Positions 18,356 to 29,103 of a DNA stretch of 64,000 bases are shown here, in pieces. A program made the position numbers and the translations under genes. This DNA comes from Patescibacteria group bacterium (lineage in GTDB: Bacteria; Patescibacteriota; Minisyncoccia; HO2-45-28). Position 1 is the first letter of the stretch. The number at the start of each line of letters is the position of its first letter. The notes beneath the pieces were generated by a model, which searched no databases, was not told where the DNA came from, and saw nothing but the letters and a program-made list of their open reading frames with translations. The DNA is taken from positions 647-64,646 of the forward strand of contig JBBTTU010000004.1 of assembly GCA_038064075.1 (NCBI GenBank). Reading direction: 5' to 3'.

Positions 18356-19690
18356 ATGTTTTCAGGTTTTATCAAAAGAGAACGAGCGATTTTAACTGTT
18401 ATTTTTTTGGTTTTTATCGCAAGCGCGGCATACGCTTTTTATTATCGCATCAGGCCGTCGGTTGACGCCGGAGTTTATGACCAAACAGCGGTTAATATTG
18501 CTCAAGGCTACGGCTTCAGGTTTGATCGGTCCTTGCCGATAGCCGAAGACTCAATAATTACTTTTCAGGGCCCGATTTATCAATACTTTCTGGCCGGCAT
18601 TTATCTGATTTTTGGACATCATTATGAGGCGGTCTGGCTGATTCAAGCGTTATTGAGGGCTTTTACGGCTTTAATTTTATATTTGACAGCCGTTAATATT
18701 TTTGGCCCGGAGGGCAGGCGGATCGGCTGGATTTCAGCCGCTATTTTCGGTTTTCATCCCGATCTGATTGAAATCGGAGCGATGCTTATGACCGAAACAT
18801 TTTTTATATTTTTGTCGGTGCTCGCGGTTTATGTATTCGTTATTTTATATAAAAATCGGTCTTATCTAAATTCTTTTTTTTTAGGACTTTTTTTTGGTCT
18901 GGCCGTTCTCGGCCGTTCAAGCGTCGGAATTTTTCTTTTGCCTTTCGGATTTTATTTTATTTCCCGCAAAGAGTACGCGAAATTTGTTCTATTTTTAGTG
19001 ACGCTTATTTTAGTAATGACTCCGTGGACTATAAGAAACTACAAAGTTTACGGCGAGTTTATTCCGACTATGGCCAACTTCGGCTATAATTTTTGGGTCG
19101 GCAATCACGAGGGCGGGGACGGCGAAGGCGGAAATACGCCGGAACTGGCCGCGGCCCAGAAAGAATACGGCTATATCGGAGCCAATTATTATGCCGCCAG
19201 TCAATTTAAAAAATTCGTCGCGGATCATCCTCTTCAATATATAAAATTTACAATTTCACGAACTGTAAAATATTTCAGTTTCATGCGCCCGATGGGATTT
19301 TGGTTTTATCAGCGGGGGTTGGGACAATTTATTTTTGTCGCCGGTTCCGTATTAGGTTCATTGATTTTGTTTTGGACCGGTTTTGCCGGAATTTTTATCT
19401 GGTTTAAAAAAGAAAAAGAAAACAGACTCCTCGGTTATTTTTTCAGCTTCGTTTTTTTCAGCGTTTTATCGCTGGTTCTGATTTTGTATGAAACCCGTTA
19501 TCGTTTGCCGGTTTATCCGTTTTCGGCTTTATTTTCCGGTTTGGCTTTAAGCCGCCTATATTTTGCGCCAAAAGAATATTTCCGATATTTCGTTGCCGCC
19601 GGAATTGCTATTTTATTCCTTGCCGCCGCCAGTGTTGCCATGGATTATGAAAAAATATTTCAGAAATTCAAACAAATTTTTGAAACTTAA
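18356..19690 (+). CDS. GT-C fold (ArnT/PMT-like) membrane glycosyltransferase
   Basis: DAGVY...A.NI..G.GF, PIYQYFLAGIY, LMTETFF, PWTIRNY and RYRLPVYP motifs; multi-TM. Confidence 0.82.
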   Translation: MFSGFIKRERAILTVIFLVFIASAAYAFYYRIRPSVDAGVYDQTAVNIAQGYGFRFDRSLPIAEDSIITFQGPIYQYFLAGIYLIFGHHYEAVWLIQALLRAFTALILYLTAVNIFGPEGRRIGWISAAIFGFHPDLIEIGAMLMTETFFIFLSVLAVYVFVILYKNRSYLNSFFLGLFFGLAVLGRSSVGIFLLPFGFYFISRKEYAKFVLFLVTLILVMTPWTIRNYKVYGEFIPTMANFGYNFWVGNHEGGDGEGGNTPELAAAQKEYGYIGANYYAASQFKKFVADHPLQYIKFTISRTVKYFSFMRPMGFWFYQRGLGQFIFVAGSVLGSLILFWTGFAGIFIWFKKEKENRLLGYFFSFVFFSVLSLVLILYETRYRLPVYPFSALFSGLALSRLYFAPKEYFRYFVAAGIAILFLAAASVAMDYEKIFQKFKQIFET

Positions 19691-20883
19691 TGATGCCCAA
19701 AAAAATTTTAATCATCACTCCCCGTTTTCCTCTGCCGGACACCGGCGCTTGCGAGAAAGACCGTTTTGAAGGCATAAAACAGTTCAAAAGATTGGGGTTT
19801 GACGTCAGGGTTGTCTCAAAAGTTTTTTCTTTTCAGGACAAGAAAGACATAGAAAAATTTTCGGCCGACTTCGGAATTCCGGTAAAACTTTTGGAATATG
19901 AAAATAAATTCAGCCTCAGAAAATTTTTTAATCCTTTTTATTGGGATGGCGCGGCCCATGAATATTCCGGTAAATCAACTCAAGAAGCCGTTGAAGCCAT
20001 TTTAGACGAGTGGCATCCGGATCTGGTTTGGTTTGACTACACTTATCTTTGGCCGCTTTACGGTCTGGCCGGACGAAGAAAAATACCGATTATCACCCGC
20101 TCGATCAATTTTGAACCGGATCATTTTTTACAGGAAGACGGATATTCATTGTTGAACTTAATTAAATTTTTACCTAAATTGGCAAGCGAAATAATAACCA
20201 TTTATAAAAGCGATTTTTTATTTGCGATCACGCCTAACGAAGAAAAAATTTACAGGCGTCTTGGCGCAAAAAATATTAAAACACTGCCGCTTCGCGGCTT
20301 ATCATTATGTTTTAATTCCATTCACGGCGTAAATAATAAAGATATTCTTAACGTGTTTTTTATGGGTTCAACTTATAATGTCCACCATAACCGGGCGGCG
20401 CTTGAATTTATTTTAAAAAAAATAGCGCCGGAAGCGCGCAAAAAATATCCGTTAAAATTTAAGTTTTATATTTTAGGCAGCAAGGTGCCTGAAGATTTGA
20501 CAAAATTTTTCGGCGAGGACATTATTTATGTCGGCCACAAAAATCATGAAGCTCTTGATGAATTTTTGGCTGGGATGGATATAGCGATCGTGCCGTCTCT
20601 TTTCGGCGCCGGCATGCAGCAGAAAATTTTTGAGCCGCTTTGCCGCGGAATTCCGGCCGTCGCGTCTTTGAGGGGTCTCGCCGGCTATCCGTTTGAACAT
20701 CGCAAGCATCTGCTCGCGGCCGAAACTCTTGGTGAATTTCCGGATTTATTATCGGAGCTTCGCGACGCGGGCCTGCGGCGGAGTCTTTCTGAAAATTCGG
20801 TCGCTCTGTCAAAGAAATTATTTTCCAGCCAGGCTTCGGATTCCGGTATATTAAAAGCCCTAAATCAAGTTTGGCGGCATTGA
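19690..20883 (+). CDS. Glycosyltransferase family 4-like
   Basis: PRFPLPDTGA; DIAIVPSLFGAGMQQKIFEPLCRGIP. Confidence 0.82.
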   Translation: MMPKKILIITPRFPLPDTGACEKDRFEGIKQFKRLGFDVRVVSKVFSFQDKKDIEKFSADFGIPVKLLEYENKFSLRKFFNPFYWDGAAHEYSGKSTQEAVEAILDEWHPDLVWFDYTYLWPLYGLAGRRKIPIITRSINFEPDHFLQEDGYSLLNLIKFLPKLASEIITIYKSDFLFAITPNEEKIYRRLGAKNIKTLPLRGLSLCFNSIHGVNNKDILNVFFMGSTYNVHHNRAALEFILKKIAPEARKKYPLKFKFYILGSKVPEDLTKFFGEDIIYVGHKNHEALDEFLAGMDIAIVPSLFGAGMQQKIFEPLCRGIPAVASLRGLAGYPFEHRKHLLAAETLGEFPDLLSELRDAGLRRSLSENSVALSKKLFSSQASDSGILKALNQVWRH

Positions 20884-20923
20884 TTAATAAAAAAAAATAT
20901 TTTAAGATGAGCAGATAATTCAA

Positions 20924-22135
20924 ATGGCCTGCTTTATTTGCAATCAGGATAATTTATTTAATTTTTTGGATCTCGGCCTTCAACCGCCGAGCAACGCTTT
21001 TATTCGCAAGGAAGATTTGTCAAAATCCGAAGAAATTTATTCTTTAAAGCCTTGTTTTTGCGAGTTTTGCGGTCTGGTGCAGTTAAATTATATCGTTGAT
21101 CCCAGAAAAATATTCATAGATTACGTCTACAACACTTCCACCAACAACAGCCTTAAAGAGAATTTTCAAAATTTGGTCGGATTGATTGTCGGGCGTTTCA
21201 ATTTAAAAAAAGGGGATTTTGCCGTTGATATCGGTTCAAACGACGGAACGCTTTTGTCTTATTATTTGCCGCGCGGCATTAAGATTTTGGGGGTTGATCC
21301 GTCTAACGTCACCAAACTGGCTCTGGAAAAAAACATACCGACGATTGTTGATTTTTTTTCCGAGCGAGTCGCCGCAGACATCATTAAAAAATACGGCCAA
21401 GCCAAAGCGGTGACGGCCACCAATGTTTTTGCCCATGTGGACAAGCTGTATGATTTTATGGCCGGCATTACCAAGCTGTTGGCCAAAGACGGCGTTTTTA
21501 TTTCCGAATCGCAGTATCTTTTGGATACGATCGCCAAACTGCACTACGATTTGATTTATCACGAGCATCTTCGTTATTACTCTTTAAAACCGCTTGCGAT
21601 TTTATTTAATAAGTTCGGCATGGAGATTTTTGACGCCGAGCGCATTTCTTCCCACGGCGGCTCAATCAGGGTTTACGCCGCCAAATCCGGAGAGTATCCG
21701 GTTTCCGAATCCGTTGCCGCTTTGATGAAAAATGAAGAATCAAGCGGTCTTTATCGCAAGGAAACTTTTACGGATTTTGCGGATAAAGTCAGCCGAAATA
21801 AATTTGAATTTCTGGAAATTATCAAAGATATAAAAGGGCGCGGCCAGCGTATAGTCGGCATCGGGGCGCCGGCCAAAGGCAATACTTTGCTGAATTATTA
21901 CGGCATGAATCCGGACATTATTGATTATCTTGTTGAAAAAAGCGAGCTTAAAATAGGAACGTTTGCGCCTGGCACCCGTATACCGGTTGTAGCAGAGTCA
22001 AAATTGTTCAAAGATCAGCCGGAATACGCTTTGCTGCTGTCTTGGAATTTGGCAGACGAGCTTATTCCCAAAATAAGAAACAAGGGGTACAAAGGCAAAT
22101 TTATCGTGCCTATGCCCAAGCCGACGGTTTTGTAA
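20924..22135 (+). CDS. NDP-hexose C-methyltransferase (Zn-binding)
   Basis: CxxC...CxxCGLVQL, DIGSNDG, IYHEHLRYYS, HGGSIR, GAPAKGNTLL and LLSWN motifs. Confidence 0.9.
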   Translation: MACFICNQDNLFNFLDLGLQPPSNAFIRKEDLSKSEEIYSLKPCFCEFCGLVQLNYIVDPRKIFIDYVYNTSTNNSLKENFQNLVGLIVGRFNLKKGDFAVDIGSNDGTLLSYYLPRGIKILGVDPSNVTKLALEKNIPTIVDFFSERVAADIIKKYGQAKAVTATNVFAHVDKLYDFMAGITKLLAKDGVFISESQYLLDTIAKLHYDLIYHEHLRYYSLKPLAILFNKFGMEIFDAERISSHGGSIRVYAAKSGEYPVSESVAALMKNEESSGLYRKETFTDFADKVSRNKFEFLEIIKDIKGRGQRIVGIGAPAKGNTLLNYYGMNPDIIDYLVEKSELKIGTFAPGTRIPVVAESKLFKDQPEYALLLSWNLADELIPKIRNKGYKGKFIVPMPKPTVL

Positions 22136-22191
22136 TTTTTACAGCGCGCTAAATTTTGAAATTCTGACAATTTCTTGCTACTATTTCAGCA

Positions 22192-23496
22192 ATGAACAGC
22201 TTCCGGCCGCGCATTGGGGAATGCCGGCATTATTTTCTTTTTTTAATCATCGGCCTTGTCGTCGTTGCCAGGATCGGCGCGGCGGCGGTTTTGTACGCGA
22301 AAAATGTTTTTCCTTCGCCGATTCAGGATCCGCTTGAATACCGCAATTTGGCGATGAATATCTTGGCCGGAAACGGATTCAGCATTGCTCAAAATCCTCC
22401 CTATCCGCCGGACCTTTTTCGCACGCCGCTTTATCCTTTATTTCTTGCCGCGACATACGGCATTGATTCGGCCGGCTACCTCGCGATATTATTGCAGCAG
22501 TTGATGATTATTGCGTCGGCATGGCTGCTTTTTAAAATTTTGCGTCGCTGGAACGATTCTTCCGGGAAAATTGCGCTGATATTTTCTTTGTTTCTGCTTG
22601 TCGATCCCCGAATTTGGTTTTGGTCGCTTGAAACCATGACTGAAGCTCTTTTTATTTTTTTGACGGCGGCGATGCTGTTTTTATTGCTTTATCCGGAAAA
22701 TTTTAACACGGCGCATGTTGCCGGCGCGGCAGTGTTTTTTGGTCTGGCCGTTTTAACCCGTCCTTCCGGATTATTGTGGGCTCCGGGACTCGTTCTTTTT
22801 TTTCTGTTTTGCAAAAAACCGGTTAAATCCAGATTATTTATGTTTTTCATTTTTATGGCGGTTGCCGGTATCGTTGTTTCGCCGTGGTTATGGCGGAATT
22901 ATAAACTGGTCGGCAGGCCGATTTTGTCTTCAATGCAGACGGTTAATTATATTCAGGCGTTTGGAATCGGCCGGGATGATCCGTCGTGGCGATGCTCGGA
23001 TTCAATTGTTGATTCAAAAGGCCGCGAAGGGTGCGTATTTTACGGCTGGACGGCCGCCGGATTTTCCGATGCCGAAAAAACAGCCCGGAATTTGCGCGCG
23101 AACACGCCTGTTTTTTCTTTAATCAAAAAAAACATGACAGGCGCTTATCATTTTTGGAAATCCAACGATTATCCCGACGCTTTGAGCATTTTGCGCAGCG
23201 CCGCGCTTGGCGCCGGAAAACCCATATCCCGGACATGGCAGATATTGGCCGAAGCGTCCCATAAAACCTACGCCGCTTTTTTGAATTTTATGCTGATTTT
23301 AGGGGTTGCCGGACTTGTTTTTTTATATAAAAAGAGGGAATTGGCGGCGGCAGGTTTGTTGGGAGGCATTATTTTTTCCAGCGTTTTTATAAATTTCGGA
23401 TTGGCTTCCGGACGCCTTCATTTGATTCTTTTGCCGCCGCTTTTCTATCTTGCCGGACTGGGGACTGTTTTTATCAAACAAATTTATCAACAATGA
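22192..23496 (+). CDS. GT-C fold (PMT/ArnT-like) membrane glycosyltransferase
   Basis: DPLEY...FRTPLYPLFLA, MTEALF, LTRP and PWLWRNY motifs. Confidence 0.82.
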   Translation: MNSFRPRIGECRHYFLFLIIGLVVVARIGAAAVLYAKNVFPSPIQDPLEYRNLAMNILAGNGFSIAQNPPYPPDLFRTPLYPLFLAATYGIDSAGYLAILLQQLMIIASAWLLFKILRRWNDSSGKIALIFSLFLLVDPRIWFWSLETMTEALFIFLTAAMLFLLLYPENFNTAHVAGAAVFFGLAVLTRPSGLLWAPGLVLFFLFCKKPVKSRLFMFFIFMAVAGIVVSPWLWRNYKLVGRPILSSMQTVNYIQAFGIGRDDPSWRCSDSIVDSKGREGCVFYGWTAAGFSDAEKTARNLRANTPVFSLIKKNMTGAYHFWKSNDYPDALSILRSAALGAGKPISRTWQILAEASHKTYAAFLNFMLILGVAGLVFLYKKRELAAAGLLGGIIFSSVFINFGLASGRLHLILLPPLFYLAGLGTVFIKQIYQQ

Positions 23497-23511
23497 ATCC
23501 CGCATAAATAT

Positions 23512-24237
23512 ATGAAATTATCAGTTGTTATTCCGGCTTATAACGATCAGGAGAATATTGAAGAGACGATAAAAAATCTTTATCGGAAGCTGAACGCTGA
23601 AAAAATAGAGCACGAACTGCTGGTGATCCACGACGAATGTCCAAACGATAAAAGCGGCGAAATTGCAATTTCTCTTTTGCCGAAAATTCCAACTCTCCAT
23701 TATATAAAAAAATCTCCTCCGCGGGGTTTTGGTTTGGCTTTGCGCAAGGGCTTGGAGTTTTTTTCCGGAGACGCCGTGGCATTTTATATGGCCGACGGTT
23801 CTGATTCGCCCGGCGACCTTGTTTCGTATTTCAGAACAATGGAAAAAGAAAATGTTGATTGCGTATTCGGTTCCAGATTTATACCCGGCGGCAAAATGAT
23901 CAATTATCCGCGGGTAAAGTATATTTTCAACAGGCTCGGCAACCATTTTATCAAGATTTTATTCGGTTTGCAGTATAACGATTTTACCAATGCCTTTAAA
24001 CTTTATCACCGCAGAGTTATTGAGAAAACTCAGCCGTTTGCAGGCCAACATTTTAATTTTACGGTGGAATTAGTGCTTAAATCCCTGACGGGCGGGCACA
24101 CTTTTCGGGTGGTGCCGAACAGCTGGAAAGGGCGGTCAGCGAGCGAATCTAATTTTAATATTAAAAAGATGGTGTTTCTGAATCTTTTGACGATTTTTAA
24201 CTGTTTGATTAAAAAACATTTTTTTAAAAATGATTGA
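23512..24237 (+). CDS. GT2 polyprenyl-phosphate glycosyltransferase (DPM synthase-like)
   Basis: SVVIPAYN, MADGSD, VFGSRF and DFTNAFK motifs. Confidence 0.88.
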   Translation: MKLSVVIPAYNDQENIEETIKNLYRKLNAEKIEHELLVIHDECPNDKSGEIAISLLPKIPTLHYIKKSPPRGFGLALRKGLEFFSGDAVAFYMADGSDSPGDLVSYFRTMEKENVDCVFGSRFIPGGKMINYPRVKYIFNRLGNHFIKILFGLQYNDFTNAFKLYHRRVIEKTQPFAGQHFNFTVELVLKSLTGGHTFRVVPNSWKGRSASESNFNIKKMVFLNLLTIFNCLIKKHFFKND

Positions 24238-25603
24238 TCTTTTCAATAAATACAAGCACTTCGCCGTTATTTTCTTTTTATGGCTCATTCTTTGGAGCGC
24301 TCTTTTTTTGACCGAATATCGCCGCGGAAATCTGAATGCCGATATTTTAACTTCGGATCCCCTTGAATATTATGCCGCGTCGGTAAATTTGTATCAGCGC
24401 GGCGTTTTTTCGCGGATGAGCGAGGCGCCTTTTACGCCGGATCGTTTCCGCACGCCGCTCTATCCGCTGGTCGCCGGAGCAATGCTCAAGATTTTTAACG
24501 GCATTGCCGCGGTTTACGTATTCCAGTTTATCTTATTTTATTTAAGCGCGATCGGCGTCTACCGCATTGCCGAATTTCTATGGAATTCAAAACAAATCGC
24601 GTTTATCGCCGCGTTGGCGTTTATTTTCAACCCGGTGTCATTTTTACTGGTGAACAGTTTTATGTCCGAAATTTTATTTTTGTTTTTGCTGATATTCGGA
24701 GTCTATTATTTCTTGCGGCATATAAAATCGGGATCAGCTGTTTTATTTGCGCTGTCGGCGGCTCTTTTTTCTTTAAACGCTCTCGTCAGACCGGTCGGCC
24801 TTTATTTTGCCTTATTTGTTTTTTTATATTCCGTTTTGGCGAATTTTAATCTCAGAAAATTATTTATAAATACTTTTGTTTTTGCCGTTGTCTTTGCTGC
24901 GATTTTATTTCCGTGGTTTTTGCGCAACAGGATTATTTTCGGAGACTGGTATTTTACTTCAGCCGACCTGGTCAATATTTATTATATGCATCTTGGGCAT
25001 CTTTACGGCTGGCAGAATAATCTTGAACTTCACGAATCTTTTGCCGCGTTGGGAAAATCGTGCGTTCGGTCCGGAATTTCAGAGGATTATCACGGCTTGT
25101 GCGTGAATTCCCGATTAAGAGAGCTTTATCTGCCGGTTTTTTTGCAAATCCGTCCGTCGGTCATATTTAAATATATGACTTTGGGCGGCGTCAGATTTTT
25201 ATTCAATGACGGATTTAATGAATTGGGTAATTGGTTCTGCCAGCATAAATGTTCTAAAGCGCCCGTTAATATCATTGACGATTTGGTTCGCGGCGGGAAG
25301 AATATTTTTTCAATTATCGCCAGTAAACCGCCGTCGCTCCTTTACACTTGGATTATCGGCAAGATTGTCTGGGCTGGCATATTTCTTTTCGCCGCATTTT
25401 TATTGTTGAATTGGCAAAAATTTGGAATTGATAAAAAATACTTTATTTTTATTTTAATGATTCTGGTTTATTTTTTCTTGATTTCCATTCCGGCTTGGAC
25501 CACCCGCTACCGGGCGCCGTTTGATCCCTTTATATTTTTGATTGCGGCTCCCGGGTTTTGGTATTTAAAAAATCGCCTGTATGTGCGCCATAAACGGATT
25601 TAA
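24230..25603 (+). CDS. GT-C fold membrane glycosyltransferase
   Basis: DPLEY...FRTPLYPL, MSEILF, LVRP, PWFLRN and RYRAPFDP motifs. Confidence 0.82.
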   Translation: MIDLFNKYKHFAVIFFLWLILWSALFLTEYRRGNLNADILTSDPLEYYAASVNLYQRGVFSRMSEAPFTPDRFRTPLYPLVAGAMLKIFNGIAAVYVFQFILFYLSAIGVYRIAEFLWNSKQIAFIAALAFIFNPVSFLLVNSFMSEILFLFLLIFGVYYFLRHIKSGSAVLFALSAALFSLNALVRPVGLYFALFVFLYSVLANFNLRKLFINTFVFAVVFAAILFPWFLRNRIIFGDWYFTSADLVNIYYMHLGHLYGWQNNLELHESFAALGKSCVRSGISEDYHGLCVNSRLRELYLPVFLQIRPSVIFKYMTLGGVRFLFNDGFNELGNWFCQHKCSKAPVNIIDDLVRGGKNIFSIIASKPPSLLYTWIIGKIVWAGIFLFAAFLLLNWQKFGIDKKYFIFILMILVYFFLISIPAWTTRYRAPFDPFIFLIAAPGFWYLKNRLYVRHKRI

Positions 25604-27446
25604 TTTTTCAAACCGCGATCTCGTTCAAAAAATGAATCTGGCCAATCGCCATCGCGGGCCTGACGCTTCGGCTGTTTTTAGCGAAGACGGAATTTCTTTG
25701 GGCCATAATCGTTTAAGCATCATTGATTTGTCGGAAAAAGCCGCCCAGCCGATGAAAAGTTTTGACGAGCGCGAAATTATAGTTTTTAACGGCGAAATTT
25801 ACAATTTTAAAGAGCTTAAAGACGAATTAAGCGAATTTTACCCTTTCAGGAGCGACAGCGATACCGAAGTAATTTTGGCGGCTTTCCGCAAGTGGGGCGC
25901 CGATTGCGTCAGGAAATTTAACGGCATTTTTGCTTTCGCCATTTGGGACAGGACCAAGCGCGAAATTTTTTTAGCCCGCGACCATATCGGCGTTAAGCCT
26001 TTATATTATTATTTTGACCCTTCAATAAGTTCAGGGCAAGCGGCAAAATTCATATTTTCTTCCGAAATTAAGTCTATTTTAGAACACCCGATTCCGCGCC
26101 GGCTTAATCTGGAAGCTTTTAGTCATTATTTGCGGGTTTTATACGTTCCCGAGCCTTTGACGATGTTTGAAGGAATTTATAAATTTCCCCAAGCCAGCCG
26201 CGGTTTTTATAAGGACGGCAAGCTGAAAATAGAAAAATATTGGGATATCCAACCCGGCAGTTATTTGCCTATTTCAAAAACGGATATGGAAGAAGAATTA
26301 AGAAACAAAATAGAGCAAGCCGTTGGAGCGCAATTGGTATCTGACCGGCCGCTTGGTCTTTATTTGTCAGGAGGCATTGATTCATCGGTAATTCTCTCGC
26401 ATATGTCAAAAATGCGGGACGGCATTGACACTTTTTCAGTCGGTTTTGAACTTAAAGAAAAAGAGCAGAAAGAAAAATTTAACGCCGATTTTGAGCTGGC
26501 TAAAAAAACTGCTTTGTTTTTTGGTTCCAATCATAACGAGGTTTTAATTTATCCCGCTGAAGTTTTTGAGTTTTTGGAAAAAGCGGTTTGGCATATGGAT
26601 GAGCCGATATCCAATCCGACGGCTGTTGCGATGCTCAAACTGTCGGAATTCAGTAAAAAAAAAGTTGATGTAGTGCTGGCCGGCGACGGCGGAGATGAGC
26701 TTTTCGGCGGCTATGAGCGCTATCGTTTGAGCCGTTTGATGAATATTTTTCAGAAATTGCCAAGATTTTTTCGTTCAGCAACGGTTTTGAATTCAAAAAT
26801 GCGGAAATTAAATACTCCGTTGGGAATTGAACGTTTTATTTTGTTTATGTTTCAGAAAGACGCGATTTTAAACCGAGTTGTTTCCGGCCAATTTTTTAAC
26901 CCTGATATATCCAAGTTATTTTTTGAAAAAAGATATTTTGATGTTTCCGCCGGAGGCGGACCAGCTTGCGGCCGGGAAGAACAATTGATGAATATTGACA
27001 GGCAGACTTGGCTGGTTGATTTCGCTTTAATGCTTGGCGATAAAATGTCTATGGCTAATGGTGTTGAGGCCCGCGTTCCTTTTTTGGATAAAAATTTAGC
27101 GGAATTTGCCGCGCGCATTCCTTTAAAATTTAAAGTTGGTTTTTTCAACACCAAGAAAATTTTAAAAAGCGCTTATCGCGGCCGAATTCCGGATTTTCTT
27201 TTAAATCAGCCCAAGCGCGGCTGGTTTTCACCCGGAGCCAAATGGCTGCGGATGGATGAAATTCGCGATAAAGCCAAAGAGGCGCTGTCGGCGAACTATT
27301 ATTCCGAAACGCGCCATCTTTTTAATTGGTCCGAACTGCGACAAGTTTTTGACAAACACCTTTCCGGCCGGGAATATAATTTGACCATACTTTGGGCAAT
27401 TGTCACGTTCCAAATATGGGCTAAAAAGTATAATATAAGCCTATGA
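25581..27446 (+). CDS. asnB: Asparagine synthase (glutamine-hydrolysing)-family amidotransferase, probably amidating a glycan
   Basis: N-terminal MC, HRGPD, RLSIIDL, LSGGIDSS, GDGGDELFGGY and EARVPFLD motifs. Confidence 0.9.
   Translation: MCAINGFNFSNRDLVQKMNLANRHRGPDASAVFSEDGISLGHNRLSIIDLSEKAAQPMKSFDEREIIVFNGEIYNFKELKDELSEFYPFRSDSDTEVILAAFRKWGADCVRKFNGIFAFAIWDRTKREIFLARDHIGVKPLYYYFDPSISSGQAAKFIFSSEIKSILEHPIPRRLNLEAFSHYLRVLYVPEPLTMFEGIYKFPQASRGFYKDGKLKIEKYWDIQPGSYLPISKTDMEEELRNKIEQAVGAQLVSDRPLGLYLSGGIDSSVILSHMSKMRDGIDTFSVGFELKEKEQKEKFNADFELAKKTALFFGSNHNEVLIYPAEVFEFLEKAVWHMDEPISNPTAVAMLKLSEFSKKKVDVVLAGDGGDELFGGYERYRLSRLMNIFQKLPRFFRSATVLNSKMRKLNTPLGIERFILFMFQKDAILNRVVSGQFFNPDISKLFFEKRYFDVSAGGGPACGREEQLMNIDRQTWLVDFALMLGDKMSMANGVEARVPFLDKNLAEFAARIPLKFKVGFFNTKKILKSAYRGRIPDFLLNQPKRGWFSPGAKWLRMDEIRDKAKEALSANYYSETRHLFNWSELRQVFDKHLSGREYNLTILWAIVTFQIWAKKYNISL
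26016..26040. repeat. REP-like palindromic insert (CCCTTC...TCAGGG), in frame in asnB
   Basis: gacccttcaataagttcagggcaag encodes DPSISSGQ; the segment has no counterpart at the same site of the paralog at 37669. Confidence 0.55.
26946..26975. repeat. 15-bp palindromic unit plus a degenerate second unit, in frame in asnB
   Basis: tccgccggaggcgga ccagcttgcggccgg; translates as SAGGGPACGR. Confidence 0.65.
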
Positions 27447-28459
27447 AAATTAACAAGGTTTTAATCACCGGAGGCGCCGGTTTTTTGGGTTTTAATTTGG
27501 CTCACAGTCTTTTGAGCAAAGGCGTGGATACGGTGGTTTGCGATAATTTGTCGCGCCGCGGAGCAGAACTTAATTTAGCCGAATTGAAGCATCATCATCA
27601 AGCCGCCCTGAAATTTTATCAGGTTGAAATAAGCGATGTTCCGGCGGTAATTGTTAAAGAAAAACCGGATTTGATTTATCATTTTGCGGCTCAAGTCGCG
27701 GTAACGACAAGCGTTGCCAGTCCGGTGAGCGATTTTCGGATAAACGCCGAAGGTTCTTTTTTGGTGGCCAAAACCGCGCACGATCACGGCATTCCGGTGA
27801 TTTATTCCTCAACCAACAAAGTTTACGGCATAAATGTAAATAAGGTTCCGCTTGAAGAATTTGATACCCGATATGATTTTGCCGGTGGCCTGCGGAAAAA
27901 AGGAATAGGCGAAAATTTTTCAATTGACGCCCATCATCACACTCCTTACGGCTGTTCAAAACTGGTCGGCGAAATATATGTGCGCGAATACGGCGGCGTT
28001 GCCAACAGATTTTCCTGCATGTACGGCCCCAACCAGTACGGCATAGTGGATCAGGGCTGGCTTTCGTATTTTATCGCCAGGAAATTGGCCGGCAAGCCTT
28101 TGACAGTTTTTGGCGACGGTAAACAGGTTCGCGACGCCCTGCATATAAAAGATGTCGTGAAGCTTCTTGAACTGCAAGGCGAGAGACTGTTTGACGATTC
28201 AAAGCCGAGCATAAAAGGCGAAGTTTTTACGATCGGCGGAGGATATCTAAACACCATTTCGCTTCTTGAACTTTGCAAAAAATTGGACATAAAACCCGAA
28301 TTCGGCGATTGGCGGCCGGCGGACCAGAAAGTTTTTTATTGCGATATTTCCAAAGCCAAGGAAGTTCTGGGCTGGCAGCCGCAGGTAAGCATTGAAGACG
28401 GTTTGAAAGAATTGCTGGATTGGACCAAGAAGAGACTGGCGCATTTCCCGCATTCATAA
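27443..28459 (+). CDS. NAD-dependent epimerase, CDP-paratose 2-epimerase-like
   Basis: GGAGFLG, AAQVAVTTS, SSTNKVYG, PYGCSK and GDGKQVRD motifs. Confidence 0.85.
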   Translation: MKINKVLITGGAGFLGFNLAHSLLSKGVDTVVCDNLSRRGAELNLAELKHHHQAALKFYQVEISDVPAVIVKEKPDLIYHFAAQVAVTTSVASPVSDFRINAEGSFLVAKTAHDHGIPVIYSSTNKVYGINVNKVPLEEFDTRYDFAGGLRKKGIGENFSIDAHHHTPYGCSKLVGEIYVREYGGVANRFSCMYGPNQYGIVDQGWLSYFIARKLAGKPLTVFGDGKQVRDALHIKDVVKLLELQGERLFDDSKPSIKGEVFTIGGGYLNTISLLELCKKLDIKPEFGDWRPADQKVFYCDISKAKEVLGWQPQVSIEDGLKELLDWTKKRLAHFPHS

Positions 28460-28466
28460 ATAATTA

Positions 28467-29081
28467 ATGACCCCTTGGGATAAATTTTTTCATGAAAAAA
28501 TCCTGAAAATTCTTCAGGATAAAAAAAGCGTTATTGACATCGGCGGGGGACTGCGGGTTTTTAAAAAAAAGGGCAACCGTTATGACCCGAATCAAAAGTG
28601 GCTGTGTCCGTATCTTGAAAAAATTGACTACAAAATTCTTGATCCCATGCCGGATTATAAACCGGACATAGTGGGCGATATTCATAATCTGCCTTTTGAC
28701 GATAATTCACAGGAAGCGATTTTGTGCTCTGCGGTTTTGGAGCATGTTGAAAATCCGTTCAAGGCGGTTGAAGAATTGCATCGGGTTTTAAAACCCGGCG
28801 GTTATCTTTTTGTTTACGTTCCGTTCCTTTATTATTATCACGCCGAACGCGGATATTACCGCGATTACTGGCGATTCACCGAAGACGCGTTAGACTTGCT
28901 TTTCAAGTCTTTTTCTTCAATGGAGAAAGCAAAAGTCCGCGGAGCTCTGGCGACATGGCTCCATATCAGCCCTTTGGGCCGCATAAAGCTTCTGGCGGCC
29001 GTTTTTAGGGCTTTGGATCGCGTTTTAAACAAAGAATCCAGCCGCCAAACCAGCGGCCATTACATATTTTTGGTTAAATAG
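28467..29081 (+). CDS. Class I SAM-dependent methyltransferase
   Basis: IDIGGG, VLEHV, RVLKPGG and DYWRFT motifs. Confidence 0.88.
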   Translation: MTPWDKFFHEKILKILQDKKSVIDIGGGLRVFKKKGNRYDPNQKWLCPYLEKIDYKILDPMPDYKPDIVGDIHNLPFDDNSQEAILCSAVLEHVENPFKAVEELHRVLKPGGYLFVYVPFLYYYHAERGYYRDYWRFTEDALDLLFKSFSSMEKAKVRGALATWLHISPLGRIKLLAAVFRALDRVLNKESSRQTSGHYIFLVK

Positions 29082-29103
29082 TTTTGTCATACATTATAAA
29101 ATC

